Under the pieces are notes generated by a model. That model was not told the DNA's origin and ran no database searches. It worked only from the letters and a program-made list of their open reading frames with translations. Both the position numbers and the translations under genes were made by a program. 64,000 nt of DNA from an uncultured Verrucomicrobiae bacterium (lineage in GTDB: Bacteria; Verrucomicrobiota; Verrucomicrobiia; Limisphaerales; UBA11358), in contig CAWDPX010000017.1 in NCBI GenBank assembly GCA_963804345.1, positions 30,673 to 94,672 of the forward strand, in the 5' to 3' direction. Positions 1-12,000 of this stretch are shown one piece after another; positions within the stretch are counted from its first letter, which is position 1, and each line of letters begins with the position of its first letter.

Positions 1-1
1 C

Positions 2-3000
2 AATACATCGTCCAACACAGCGCAGGCGATTGCCGTGACGGTGGTTGATCTGACGCATGGTGATTTGCAGACCATCACTCTGACCGAGACCGGCACGAAC
101 ACCGGCGTCTTTCGCAATATCACCGGCCTGCCGACCTCCGGTACGTCCGGGCTGGCCCAGCAGGATGGCATTTTAAATGTCACTCCCGGCGACATTCTAA
201 GCGTGAGCTACGCCGACCCGAATTTCGGCGACAGCGCCACCAACACCGCTGCGATTCTGATTCCCTCGCCGAACAAACAACTTTACCTGAGCGTCAATGG
301 CTCGACCAACGGCGTGCAGGATTTGAACCGCTATGATCCGGTCGCCTACGGCCACAATCCGACGCACACCAGTGCCGACATCGGCAACACCGGGGCCTGG
401 CCATACCGGCAGCTTATCAATATCAACCACACGAATGTTTTCACCACGGACCAGACCAATTTCCCGGTCATGATAAATCTGGCATCCAACACCGGCCTGA
501 AAAATCACGCCCTAGCCAACGGCAATGACATTTTTTTCACTGCGAACGATGGCATTACCGTTCTGCCTTACGAACGGGAAAAATACACGAGCAGCAGCGG
601 GGCGCTGGTCGCGTGGGTGAACGTTCCCATTGTCAGCCACACCGCCGACACTGTGATCTACATGTATTACGGCAATCCGGCCGCGCCGGACCAGCAGAGC
701 GATCACAACGTCTGGGATTCCAATTATAAAATCGTTTATCACCTGGGCGACGCCGGCCCGACGACCGCTGTTGACTCCACCGCCAACGGCAATAATGGGA
801 CCGCCACCGGAGCCACCTTTGGCGCCGCAGGAGAGATTGGCAGTGCGACCAGTTACAGCAATGGCAACACCACTCCGGTGAACTTTATCGGCGCGGCATC
901 GGCCCCGGGCATCGGCTCGAATCAGAGCTTCAGTTTCGAAATGTGGATCAAAGTGACGGGCACCTACGTGAATCAGGCCAGCACGGCTGCGTCCAGCGGT
1001 ACTTGGTTTCTGGATCGGACCGTCGTCGCGAACGCATTGGTATCACTGATGCCGGTAGGAACCGGTCAGTTTGGCTTTCAAACACGCTACGATGATGGCA
1101 CCGGGCTGGGAGGCCCGTCTGGTGGAACGGTGTCGGCGAATTGGACGCATGTCGTGATGGTTCGCAATTACAACGCCGCCTTCCTTCTTTATGTGAACGG
1201 AGCTCAAGTCGGAACCACGGCCGATACCGGCAACAAAGCTCTGACTCCCTCACCTCCGAAACTTGGTCGTCATCAGAGTTTCACCTCAAACACGCCGGGG
1301 TTGAATGGCTTGATTGACGAATTCCGCGTTTCAAGCATCGCCCGGAGCGCCGGCTGGATTCAGACCGAATACACCAACCAAGCCTCTCCCGCCACTTTCT
1401 ATTCCATCGGGACGGAAACGACCAATTTCACCGCCAGCGTGACAACATTCGCGCAAACCCCTTCGTTCTGCTCGGCGTTTACGATGCCATCCAACAGTCT
1501 GATCACCATTACCAATTACGTCACCGTCACCAATGGTGTCATGCCCGCCAGCCCGGCGGTCACCGCCACGTTGCAATACAACGGCACGAATATCATAACG
1601 CTCTCCAACCCAACCTACACCGCCGCCAACAGCAACCTAGTCTGGAACGGCGTCCTGAGCAGCAATTTCACCATTCCCGCCGGCCAGGCCATCAGCTATG
1701 TCATCACCAACAGCCAGTCGGGCGTGTCTTTTCATGTGGATTACGACAGCACCAACAAACCGTCGAAAATCACCCTGCCCACCACCACAGTCATTCAAGT
1801 CAACTCCTTCAGCATTTACGACGCGCCGTATCCCAACGGCAATCTGGTCACCACGCCGGTCGCCGGTTCCACGATTTATGTTCGCGCCAATGTGAGCGAT
1901 CCGTTCGGCAGCTATGACATCACCAGCCTCGGCCTCGCCGTCACCGGGCCGAATCCCGCCGCCAGCTTTAGCACCAACTTAAACGATGCGAATCTTGTCG
2001 CCAGCGACACTTGCTCCAAGACGTATGAGTTTCGATGGATCACCGGTCCGACGACGGGCAGTTACAGCCTTGCGGCCACTGCGAACGAAGGCACCGAAGG
2101 GGTCAGTGCCGTGGCGACCGCCGGCATTTTCACCTATTTCCTCGACCTCGGCACGCCGAGCACCACGATATTCATCAGTGGCACGACGGGGATGCCCACC
2201 AACAGCTACCCCGCGGGCAGCAATGCCTGTATCAGCGTAACGGCATTGGATAGCATCACCAACGCTCAAACGTTGCAAACCATCAATGTCACTGTCACCA
2301 GCAGCGCGGGTGATTCGGAAAACCTTACGCTCTACGAAACCAGCACCAACACCGGCATTTACACCGGCTGCATCGGCACCAGCACCAGCGGTCCGGGTGC
2401 GACCAACGACGGCACATTGTATGCCCCGATAGGTTCCATTCTCACCGCGAGTTACACCGACCCGAATAATTCGAGTTACAGTTCCAGCGCCACCGCCACG
2501 ATTCAGCCCGCGCCCGGCGTGCCCGGCGTCCTGATGAATAAAACCATTCAATCGCCGCCCGGCGGACAGGCGGTTGCCGGCCAAGCTGTTACTTTCAACT
2601 TGCAAGCCGTCAACATCGGCAGCACCACGTTGCCTGGCTTGAGCATCACCGACAGTTTTCCGTCCACCAAGTTGAGTTACTCCTCAGCCAGCCTCGCGCC
2701 CAACAACATTGCCACCGGGCTCCTGACCTGGACCAACCTTGGCGCGTTCGCCCCCGGCCAGAGCACGAACATCACCGTCACCTTTACCGCCTCCACTGCC
2801 GGTGTGGTGACAAATTCTGCCACGGCCAATGGGGTCTCGATCACCAATAGCTCGTCGGTCTCGCTGCTGGTCAATAATCCGGCGTTGAGCGTCACGAAAA
2901 TTTTGTTAAGCCCCACCAACACGCCAGTGGCCGTCGGCAGCAATGTGGTTTTCCGCATCACCGTCCAGAACGTCGGCAACACCGTCGTCAACTATCTGCC

Positions 3001-6000
3001 ACTCGAAGACACGTTCAGCGGCGCATACTATCAATTCATCTCCGCCACCATCGCGCCAAACGGTTCCGGCGCGGGCAGCTTGATTTGGACGAACCTCGCC
3101 AGCCCGACGGCGCTCGCGACGAACGCCATCATCACGAATGACATCACCATGCAGGTGGTGGGTCAGGGCAACCCGGCTAATAACACCGCCACGGTGGACT
3201 ATGCCGCGGACGTTTTCAGCAATGCGATACCGGCGGTTTCCAGCACCATCGGCGTGAACACCGCTTCCGCCTCCATCAATGGACTCGTCTATAACGACAT
3301 CAATCAAAGCGGCGTGTTCACCAACGGCGACACCGGCTTGAGTGGTGTGACTTTGCAATTGTTCACCGATCCCAATGGCGATGGCAATCCGGCTGACGGC
3401 GCGCTGGTGCAGGTCACCACCACGGATGACAACGGATATTACGAATTGTTGAACCTTAACACCGGCCATTACGTCGTGGTGGAAACGGATTTGCCCGGCT
3501 ATGCCAACAGCGTGCCCGCCAACGGCCGGCTGACGCTCAACATCACCAATCTTGTCGCGTTTACGAATGCGAATTTCTTCCAATACATTCCCGCCCCGGC
3601 GGTGTATTCCACCATCAACGGCATGGTGTGGTATGACGCCAATGGCAACGGCACCAATAATGTCGGCGAGACGAACCTCGCCAACATCGAAATTGACCTC
3701 GTGCAGGATGTGAACAGCAATGGTGTGGCGGATTCCGGCGAGCCGGTGACTGCCAGAGTCACGACCGATGCCAATGGAAATTATTCCTTCGCCGGCATCA
3801 CACCCGGTCATTACGTCATTCGCCAGACGCTTCCTTACGGTTATTACACCACCGGCGATTCGCAGGGCCGGACCGATAACCAACTCACCTTTGTCAGCAC
3901 CAACGGGATTGTCAGCACCAACAATAGCTTCTTTGATCGCCTGTCGCCCACGGCCGTCAACGACACCAACTCGGCGCTGTACTTTGTGCCAGTCACGATT
4001 TATCCGCTCACCAACGACATCAATCCCAACAGCGATACGTTGACCATCACCAGCACCACGAGTTCCAACGGAATCGTTGTCATCAATCCAGGCAGTACTA
4101 ACATTACCTTCACGCCCACCAATACCGGCACGGCTATCATCGCTTACACCATCAGCGATAACCACGGCGGCACGTCCAGCGCCATCATTTCCATCAACGT
4201 CACTCAATTGGCTGACGTGGCAATTGGTAAAACGGGTCCGGCTGGTGTGCTGGCCAGCAGCGATCTGGTTTACACAATATCAGTGACGAACTTCGGGCCG
4301 TCGCCCGCTAATTTTGTAGTGGTAACGGACACGTTGCCGGCCACGGTGACGTTTGTGAGCGCCAGCGGCAACGGCGTGAACACCAGCGGCGTGGTGAGCT
4401 GGAGTTTGGGGACACTGGCCAGCGGCCAAGTCAGCAATCTCACCGTGACGGTGACGGTGCCGGCGAGCGGCACGCTGACCAACGTGGCGACGGCAAGCTC
4501 GCCGACCGGAGATCCGAACTCGACGAATAATGTGACGGCGCCGGTCATCACGACGGTGACGCCGGTGGCGGACGTGGGCATTGGCAAGGTGGGTTCAGCC
4601 TCCGTGTTGGCCAGCAGCGATCTGGTTTACACGATCTCAGTGACGAACTTTGGGCCATCGAGTGCCAGTAGTGTGGTGGTGACCGACACGCTGCCGTTGG
4701 GCGTGACGTTTGTGAGCGCCAGCGGCAACGGCGTGAACACCAGCGGCGTGGTGAGCTGGAGTTTGGGCACCTTGGCGAATGGCCAGGTGAGCAACGTGAC
4801 GGTGACGGTGACGGTGCCGGCCAGCGGCACGCTGACCAACGTGGCGACAGTAAGCTCGCCGACCGGAGATCCGAACTCGACGAATAATGTGACAGCGCCG
4901 GTCATCACGACGGTGACGCCGGTGGCGGACGTGGGCATTGGCAAGGTGGGTTCAGCCAGCGTTCTGGCCAGCAGCGATCTGGTATACACGATCTCAGTGA
5001 CGAACTTTGGGCCATCGAGTGCCAGTAGTGTGGTGGTGACCGACACGCTGCCGTTGGGCGTGACGTTTGTGAGCGCCAGCGGCAACGGCGTGAACACCAG
5101 CGGCGTGGTGAGCTGGAGTTTGGGCACCTTGGCGAATGGCCAGGTGAGCAATCTCACCGTGACGGTGACGGTGCCGGCGAGCGGCACGCTGACCAACGTG
5201 GCGACAGTAAGCTCGCCGACGGGTGATCCGAACAGCACGAACAACGTGACGGTACCGGTCATCACAACGGTAACCCCGGTGGCGGACCTTGGCCTTGGCA
5301 AGACCGCGGCAGCCAGCGTTCTGGCCAGCAGCAATTTGGTATACACGATCTCGGTGACGAATTTTGGTCCGTCGAGCGCGAGCGGCGTGGTGGTGACCGA
5401 CGCGCTGCCGTTGGGCATGACGTTTGTGAGCGCCAGCGGCAACGGCGTGAACACCAGCGGCGTGGTGAGCTGGAGTTTGGGGACACTGGCCAGCGGCCAA
5501 GTCAGCAATCTCACCGTGACGGTGACGGTGCCGGCGAGCGGCACGCTGACCAACGTGGCGACGGCAAGCTCGCCGACCGCAGATCCGAACTCGACGAATA
5601 ATGTGACGGCGCCGGTCATCACGACGGTGACGCCGGTGGCGGACGTGGGCATTGGCAAGGTGGGTTCAGCCAGCGTGCTGGCCAGCAGCGATCTGGTATA
5701 CACGATCTCGGTGACGAACTTTGGGCCATCGAGTGCCAGCAGCGTGGTGGTGACGGACACGCTGCCGTTGGGCGTGACGTTTGTGAGCGCCAGCGGTGGC
5801 GGAGCCAATAATAGCGGTGTGGTGAACTGGAGTTTGGGCACGCTGACCAGCGGCCAGGTGAGCAACGTGACGGTGACGGTGACAACCCCGGCCAGCGGCA
5901 CATTGACCAACACGGCCAGTGTTAGTTCGCCGACGGGTGATCCCAACAGTACCAACAACGTGACCCCACCGGTCATCACGACGGTGACGCCGGTGGCGGA

Positions 6001-9000
6001 CGTGGGCATTGGCAAGGTGGGTTCAGCCAGCGTGCTGGCCAGCAGCGATCTGGTATACACGATCTCGGTGACGAATTTTGGTCCGTCGAGTGCCAGCAGC
6101 GTGGTGGTGACCGACGCGCTGCCGTTGGGCATGACGTTTGTGAGCGCCAGCGGCAACGGCGTGAACACCAGCGGCGTGGTGAGCTGGAGTTTGGGGACAC
6201 TGGCCAGCGGCCAAGTCAGCAATCTCACCGTGACGGTGACGGTGCCGGCGAGCGGCACGCTGACCAACACGGCCAGTGTTAGCTCGCCGACGGGTGATCC
6301 GAACTCGACGAACAATGTGACGGTACCGGTCATCACAACGGTAACCCCGGTGGCGGACCTTGGCCTTGGCAAGACCGCGGCAGCCAGCGTGCTGGCCAGC
6401 AGCAACTTGGTATACACGATCTCGGTGACGAACTTCGGGCCGTCGAGCGCGAGCAGCGTAACCGTGACGGACACGTTGCCTGCGGGAGTGAGCTTTGTGA
6501 GCGCCAGCGGCAACGGCGTGAACACCAGCGGCGTGGTGAGCTGGAGTTTGGGGACACTGGCCAGCGGCCAAGTCAGCAATCTCACCGTGACGGTGACGGC
6601 CCCAGCCTCTGGTACGCTGACCAACGTGGCGACAGTAAGCTCGCCGACGGGTGATCCGAACAGCACGAACAACGTGACGGTACCGGTCATTACGACGGTG
6701 ACGCCGGTGGCGGACGTGGGCATTGGCAAGGTGGGTTCAGCCAGCGTTCTGGCCAGCAGCAATTTGGTATACACGATCTCGGTGACGAATTTTGGTCCGT
6801 CGAGCGCGAGCAGCGTAACCGTGACGGACACGTTGCCTGCGGGAGTGAGCTTTGTGAGCGCCAGCGGCAACGGCGTGAACACCAGCGGCGTGGTGAGCTG
6901 GAGTTTGGGCACCTTGGCGAATGGCCAGGTGAGCAACGTGACGGTGACGGTGACGGTGCCGGCGAGCGGCACGCTGACCAACGTGGCGACAGTAAGCTCG
7001 CCGACGGGTGATCCGAACAGCACGAACAACGTGACGGTACCGGTCATCACAACGGTAACCCCGGTGGCGGACGTGGGCATTGGCAAGGTGGGTTCAGCCA
7101 GCGTGTTGGCCAGCAGCAATTTGGTATACACGATCTCGGTGACGAACTTTGGGCCATCGAGCGCGAGCGGCGTGGTGGTGACCGACGCGCTGCCGTTGGG
7201 CATGACGTTTGTGAGCGCCAGCGGCAACGGCGTGAACACCAGCGGCGTGGTGAGCTGGAGTTTGGGCACCTTGGCGAATGGCCAGGTGAGCAACGTGACG
7301 GTGACGGTGACGGTGCCGGCGAGCGGCACGCTGACCAACGTGGCGACGGCAAGCTCGCCGACCGGAGATCCGAACTCGACGAATAATGTGACGGCGCCGG
7401 TCATCACAACGGTAACCCCGGTGGCGGACCTTGGCCTTGGCAAGACCGCGGCAGCCTCCGTGTTGGCCAGCAGCGATCTGGTTTACACGATCTCAGTGAC
7501 GAACTTTGGGCCATCGAGTGCCAGTAGTGTGGTGGTGACCGACACGCTGCCGTTGGGCGTGACGTTTGTGAGCGCCAGCGGCAACGGCGTGAACACCAGC
7601 GGCGTGGTGAGCTGGAGTTTGGGGACGCTGGGCAGCGGCCAGGTGAGCAACGTGACGGTGACGGTGACAACCCCGGCGAGCGGCACGCTGACCAACACGG
7701 CCAGTGTTAGTTCGCCGACGGGTGATCCGAACAGCACGAACAACGTGACCCCGCCGGTCATCACGACCGTGACGCCGGTGGCCGATGTGGGTCTGGGCAA
7801 GACCGGTTCAGCCTCCGTGCTGGCCACCAGCGATCTGGTATACACGATCTCGGTGACGAACTTTGGGCCATCGAGTGCCAGCAGCGTGGTGGTGACGGAC
7901 ACGCTGCCTGCGGGAGTGAGCTTTGTGAGCGCCAGCGGTGGCGGAGCCAATAACAGCGGCGTGGTGAGCTGGAGTTTGGGCACCTTGGCGAATGGCCAGG
8001 TGAGCAACGTGACGGTGACGGTGACAACCCCGGCGAGCGGCACGCTGACCAACACGGCCAGTGTTAGTTCGCCGACGGGTGATCCGAACAGCACGAACAA
8101 CGTGACGGTACCGGTCATCACAACGGTAACCCCGGTGGCGGACGTGGGCATTGGCAAGGTGGGTTCAGCCAGCGTGCTGGCCAGCAGCAATTTGGTATAC
8201 ACGATCTCGGTGACGAACTTTGGGCCATCCAGCGCGAGCGGCGTGGTGGTGACGGACACGTTGCCGGCCACGATGACGTTTGTGAGCGCCAGCGGCAACG
8301 GCGTGAACACCAGCGGCGTGGTGAGCTGGAGTTTGGGCACCTTGGCGAATGGCCAGGTGAGCAACGTGACGGTGACGGTGACGGTGCCGGCCAGCGGCAC
8401 GCTGACCAACGTGGCGACAGTAAGCTCGCCGACGGGTGATCCCAACAGTACCAACAACGTGACCCCGCCGGTCATCACGACGGTGACGCCGGTGGCCGAT
8501 GTGGGTCTGGGCAAAACCGGTTCAGCCAGCGTGCTGGCCAGCAGCGATCTGGTATACACGATTTCGGTGACGAACTTCGGTCCGTCGAGCGCGAGCAGCG
8601 TAACCGTGACGGACACGTTGCCTGCGGGAGTGAGCTTTGTGAGCGCCAGCGGCAACGGCGTGAACACCAGCGGCGTGGTGAGCTGGAGTTTGGGCACCTT
8701 GGCGAATGGCCAGGTGAGCAATCTCACCGTGACGGTGACGGCCCCAGCCTCTGGTACGCTGACCAACGTGGCGACAGTAAGCTCGCCGACCGGAGATCCG
8801 AACAGCACGAACAACGTGACGGTACCGGTCATCACAACGGTAACCCCGGTGGCGGACGTGGGCATTGGCAAGGTGGGTTCAGCCAGCGTGCTGGCCAGCA
8901 GCAATCTGGTTTACACGATCTCGGTGACGAACTTTGGGCCATCCAGCGCGAGCGGCGTGGTGGTAACGGACACGTTGCCGGCCACGGTGACGTTTGTGAG

Positions 9001-12000
9001 CGCCAGCGGCAACGGCGTGAACACCAGCGGCGTGGTGAGCTGGAGTTTGGGCACCTTGGCGAATGGCCAGGTGAGCAACGTGACGGTGACGGTGACGGTG
9101 CCGGCCAGCGGCACGCTGACCAACGTGGCGACAGTAAGCTCGCCGACCGGAGATCCGAACTCGACGAATAATGTGACAGCGCCGGTCATCACGACGGTGA
9201 CGCCGGTGGCGGACGTGGGCATTGGCAAGGTGGGTTCAGCCAGCGTGCTGGCCAGCAGCAATTTGGTATACACGATCTCGGTGACGAACTTTGGGCCATC
9301 GAGCGCGAGCAGCGTAACCGTGACGGACACGTTGCCGGCCACGGTGACGTTTGTGAGCGCCAGCGGCAATGGCGTGAACACCAGCGGCGTGGTGAGCTGG
9401 AGTTTGGGGACGCTGGGCAGCGGCCAGGTGAGCAACGTGACGGTGACGGTGACAACCCCGGCGAGCGGCACGCTGACCAACACGGCCAGTGTTAGTTCGC
9501 CGACGGGTGATCCGAACAGCACGAACAACGTGACCCCGCCGGTCATCACGACCGTGACGCCGGTGGCCGATGTGGGTCTGGGCAAGACCGGTTCAGCCTC
9601 CGTGCTGGCCACCAGCGATCTGGTATACACGATCTCGGTGACGAACTTTGGGCCATCGAGTGCCAGCAGCGTGGTGGTGACGGACACGCTGCCTGCGGGA
9701 GTGAGCTTTGTGAGCGCCAGCGGTGGCGGAGCCAATAACAGCGGCGTGGTGAGCTGGAGTTTGGGCACCTTGGCGAATGGCCAGGTGAGCAACGTGACGG
9801 TGACGGTGACAACCCCGGCGAGCGGCACGCTGACCAACACGGCCAGTGTTAGTTCGCCGACGGGTGATCCGAACAGCACGAACAACGTGACGGTACCGGT
9901 CATCACAACGGTAACCCCGGTGGCGGACGTGGGCATTGGCAAGGTGGGTTCAGCCAGCGTGTTGGCCAGCAGCAATTTGGTATACACGATCTCGGTGACG
10001 AACTTTGGGCCATCCAGCGCGAGCGGCGTGGTGGTGACGGACACGTTGCCGGCCACGGTGACGTTTGTGAGCGCCAGCGGTGGCGGAGCCAATAACAGCG
10101 GCGTGGTGAGCTGGAGTTTGGGCACCTTGGCGAATGGCCAGGTGAGCAACGTGACGGTGACGGTGACAACCCCGGCGAGCGGCACGCTGACCAACACGGC
10201 CAGTGTTAGTTCGCCGACGGGTGATCCGAACAGCACGAACAACGTGACGGTACCGGTCATCACAACGGTAACCCCGGTGGCGGACGTGGGCATTGGCAAG
10301 GTGGGTTCAGCCAGCGTGTTGGCCAGCAGCAATTTGGTATACACGATCTCGGTGACGAACTTTGGGCCATCGAGCGCGAGCGGCGTGGTGGTGACGGACA
10401 CGTTGCCGGCCACGGTGACGTTTGTGAGCGCCAGCGGTGGCGGAGCCAATAACAGCGGCGTGGTGAGCTGGAGTTTGGGCACCTTGGCGAATGGCCAGGT
10501 GAGCAACGTGACGGTGACGGTGATGGTGCCGGCCAGCGGCACGCTGACCAACGTGGCGACAGTAAGCTCGCCGACGGGTGATCCGAACAGCACGAACAAC
10601 GTGACGGTACCGGTCATTACGACGGTGACGCCGGTGGCCGATGTCAGCGTGAGCAAGCATGGTCCAGTGGGCATAACCTTCGGGACGAATTTTAGTTACA
10701 GCATATCCGTGACGAACTTCGGTCCGTCAACTGCGAGCAGCGTAACCGTGACAGACAGTTTGCCGGTGGGGCTGGTGTTTGTGAGTTCGGTGCCTGTCAC
10801 AACGACGAACGCCAGCAATCAGGTCGTTTGGAGTCTCGGCAATCTGGCGGTGGGCGCGACCACGAATCTGACGTTGAATGTGATGTCCATTTTGCGCGGA
10901 ACGGTCACGAACTTGGCGACCGGCGCCAGTCCGGTATTTGACCCCGTGACCACCAATAATGTCAGCCAGCCGGTCATCACGGCCATCACTAATATCCCGC
11001 CGGCGGCGAATCCAGACAGTTATGCGATGGCGGAGAACATGACGAACACATTCAGTCCGCTGCTCAACGATTTGGTGCAGACGCCTGGCGGCAGCCTGAC
11101 CATCATCAGTGTCAATCCAACCAACGGCACCGCTTTCATTGTGGGCGGGACCAATGTCCTGTTCACGCCGCACATCAACTTCATCGGCACGGCCACCATC
11201 GGTTACACCATCAGTGATAACGTGGGCGGGACCAACGCGTCGCTGATCACGGTGACGGTGACGAACCGGCCGCCTATTGCCAATGGTCAGAGTGTGACAA
11301 CGACTGCGAACACGCCGTTGGCGATTTTGCTCACCGGCAACGACCCCAATGGCCTGCCGCTGACGTTTGTGATAGTGAGCGGACCGGTCAATGGCTCGTT
11401 GAGTCTTTTGAACACCAACACCGGGGCGGTAACATACACGCCAAACACGAATTACAGCGGGTCGGACAGTTTCACCTTCCGCGTGAACGACGGCCAGGCG
11501 AACAGCGCCACAGCCACGGTTTCGTTGACGATTTTACCGACGGCCGATGTCACCGTTTTCAAAACCGGTCCGGCTAGCGGAGTGGTCGGTTCCAACATGA
11601 CTTACACCATTACCGTGGCCAACAACGGTCCGGCAACGGCAGCAAACGTGGCGTTGTTTGACCAACTGCCAGCCGGATTCACCCTGGTAAGCGCGACGCC
11701 GGCAACGGTGGCGGTTTCCAACAATCTGGTGAGCTGGCCCGGATTCAACCTGATCAAAAACGCCACCAGCAACTTCACGGTGACGGTGGTTTCTGCTGAT
11801 GGAGGCAGTTACACCAACATCGCCTTCAGCACGGCAAACACGCTGGATCCAAATCCGACCAACAACAACGGCACAGCGACAAATTCACAGGCGATCACGG
11901 CGGTGACGGCGCTGGCGGATGTGGCAGTATTCAAGACCGGCAGCACGAACATCCAGCCGGGGGGCACGCTGACTTATACCATTACCGCGACCAACGCCGG

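Noticed and set aside
4211-10636. Repeat array as CRISPR or a DGR template/variable pair
   Set aside because: The units are contiguous coding repeats without spacers, no cas or reverse transcriptase gene is in the window, and the differences are not adenine-specific.
4270-10674. Long minus-strand ORFs (938, 473 and 587 aa) over the repeat array
   Set aside because: They are antisense shadows of the Thr/Val/Ser-rich repeat gene and have no independent protein features.
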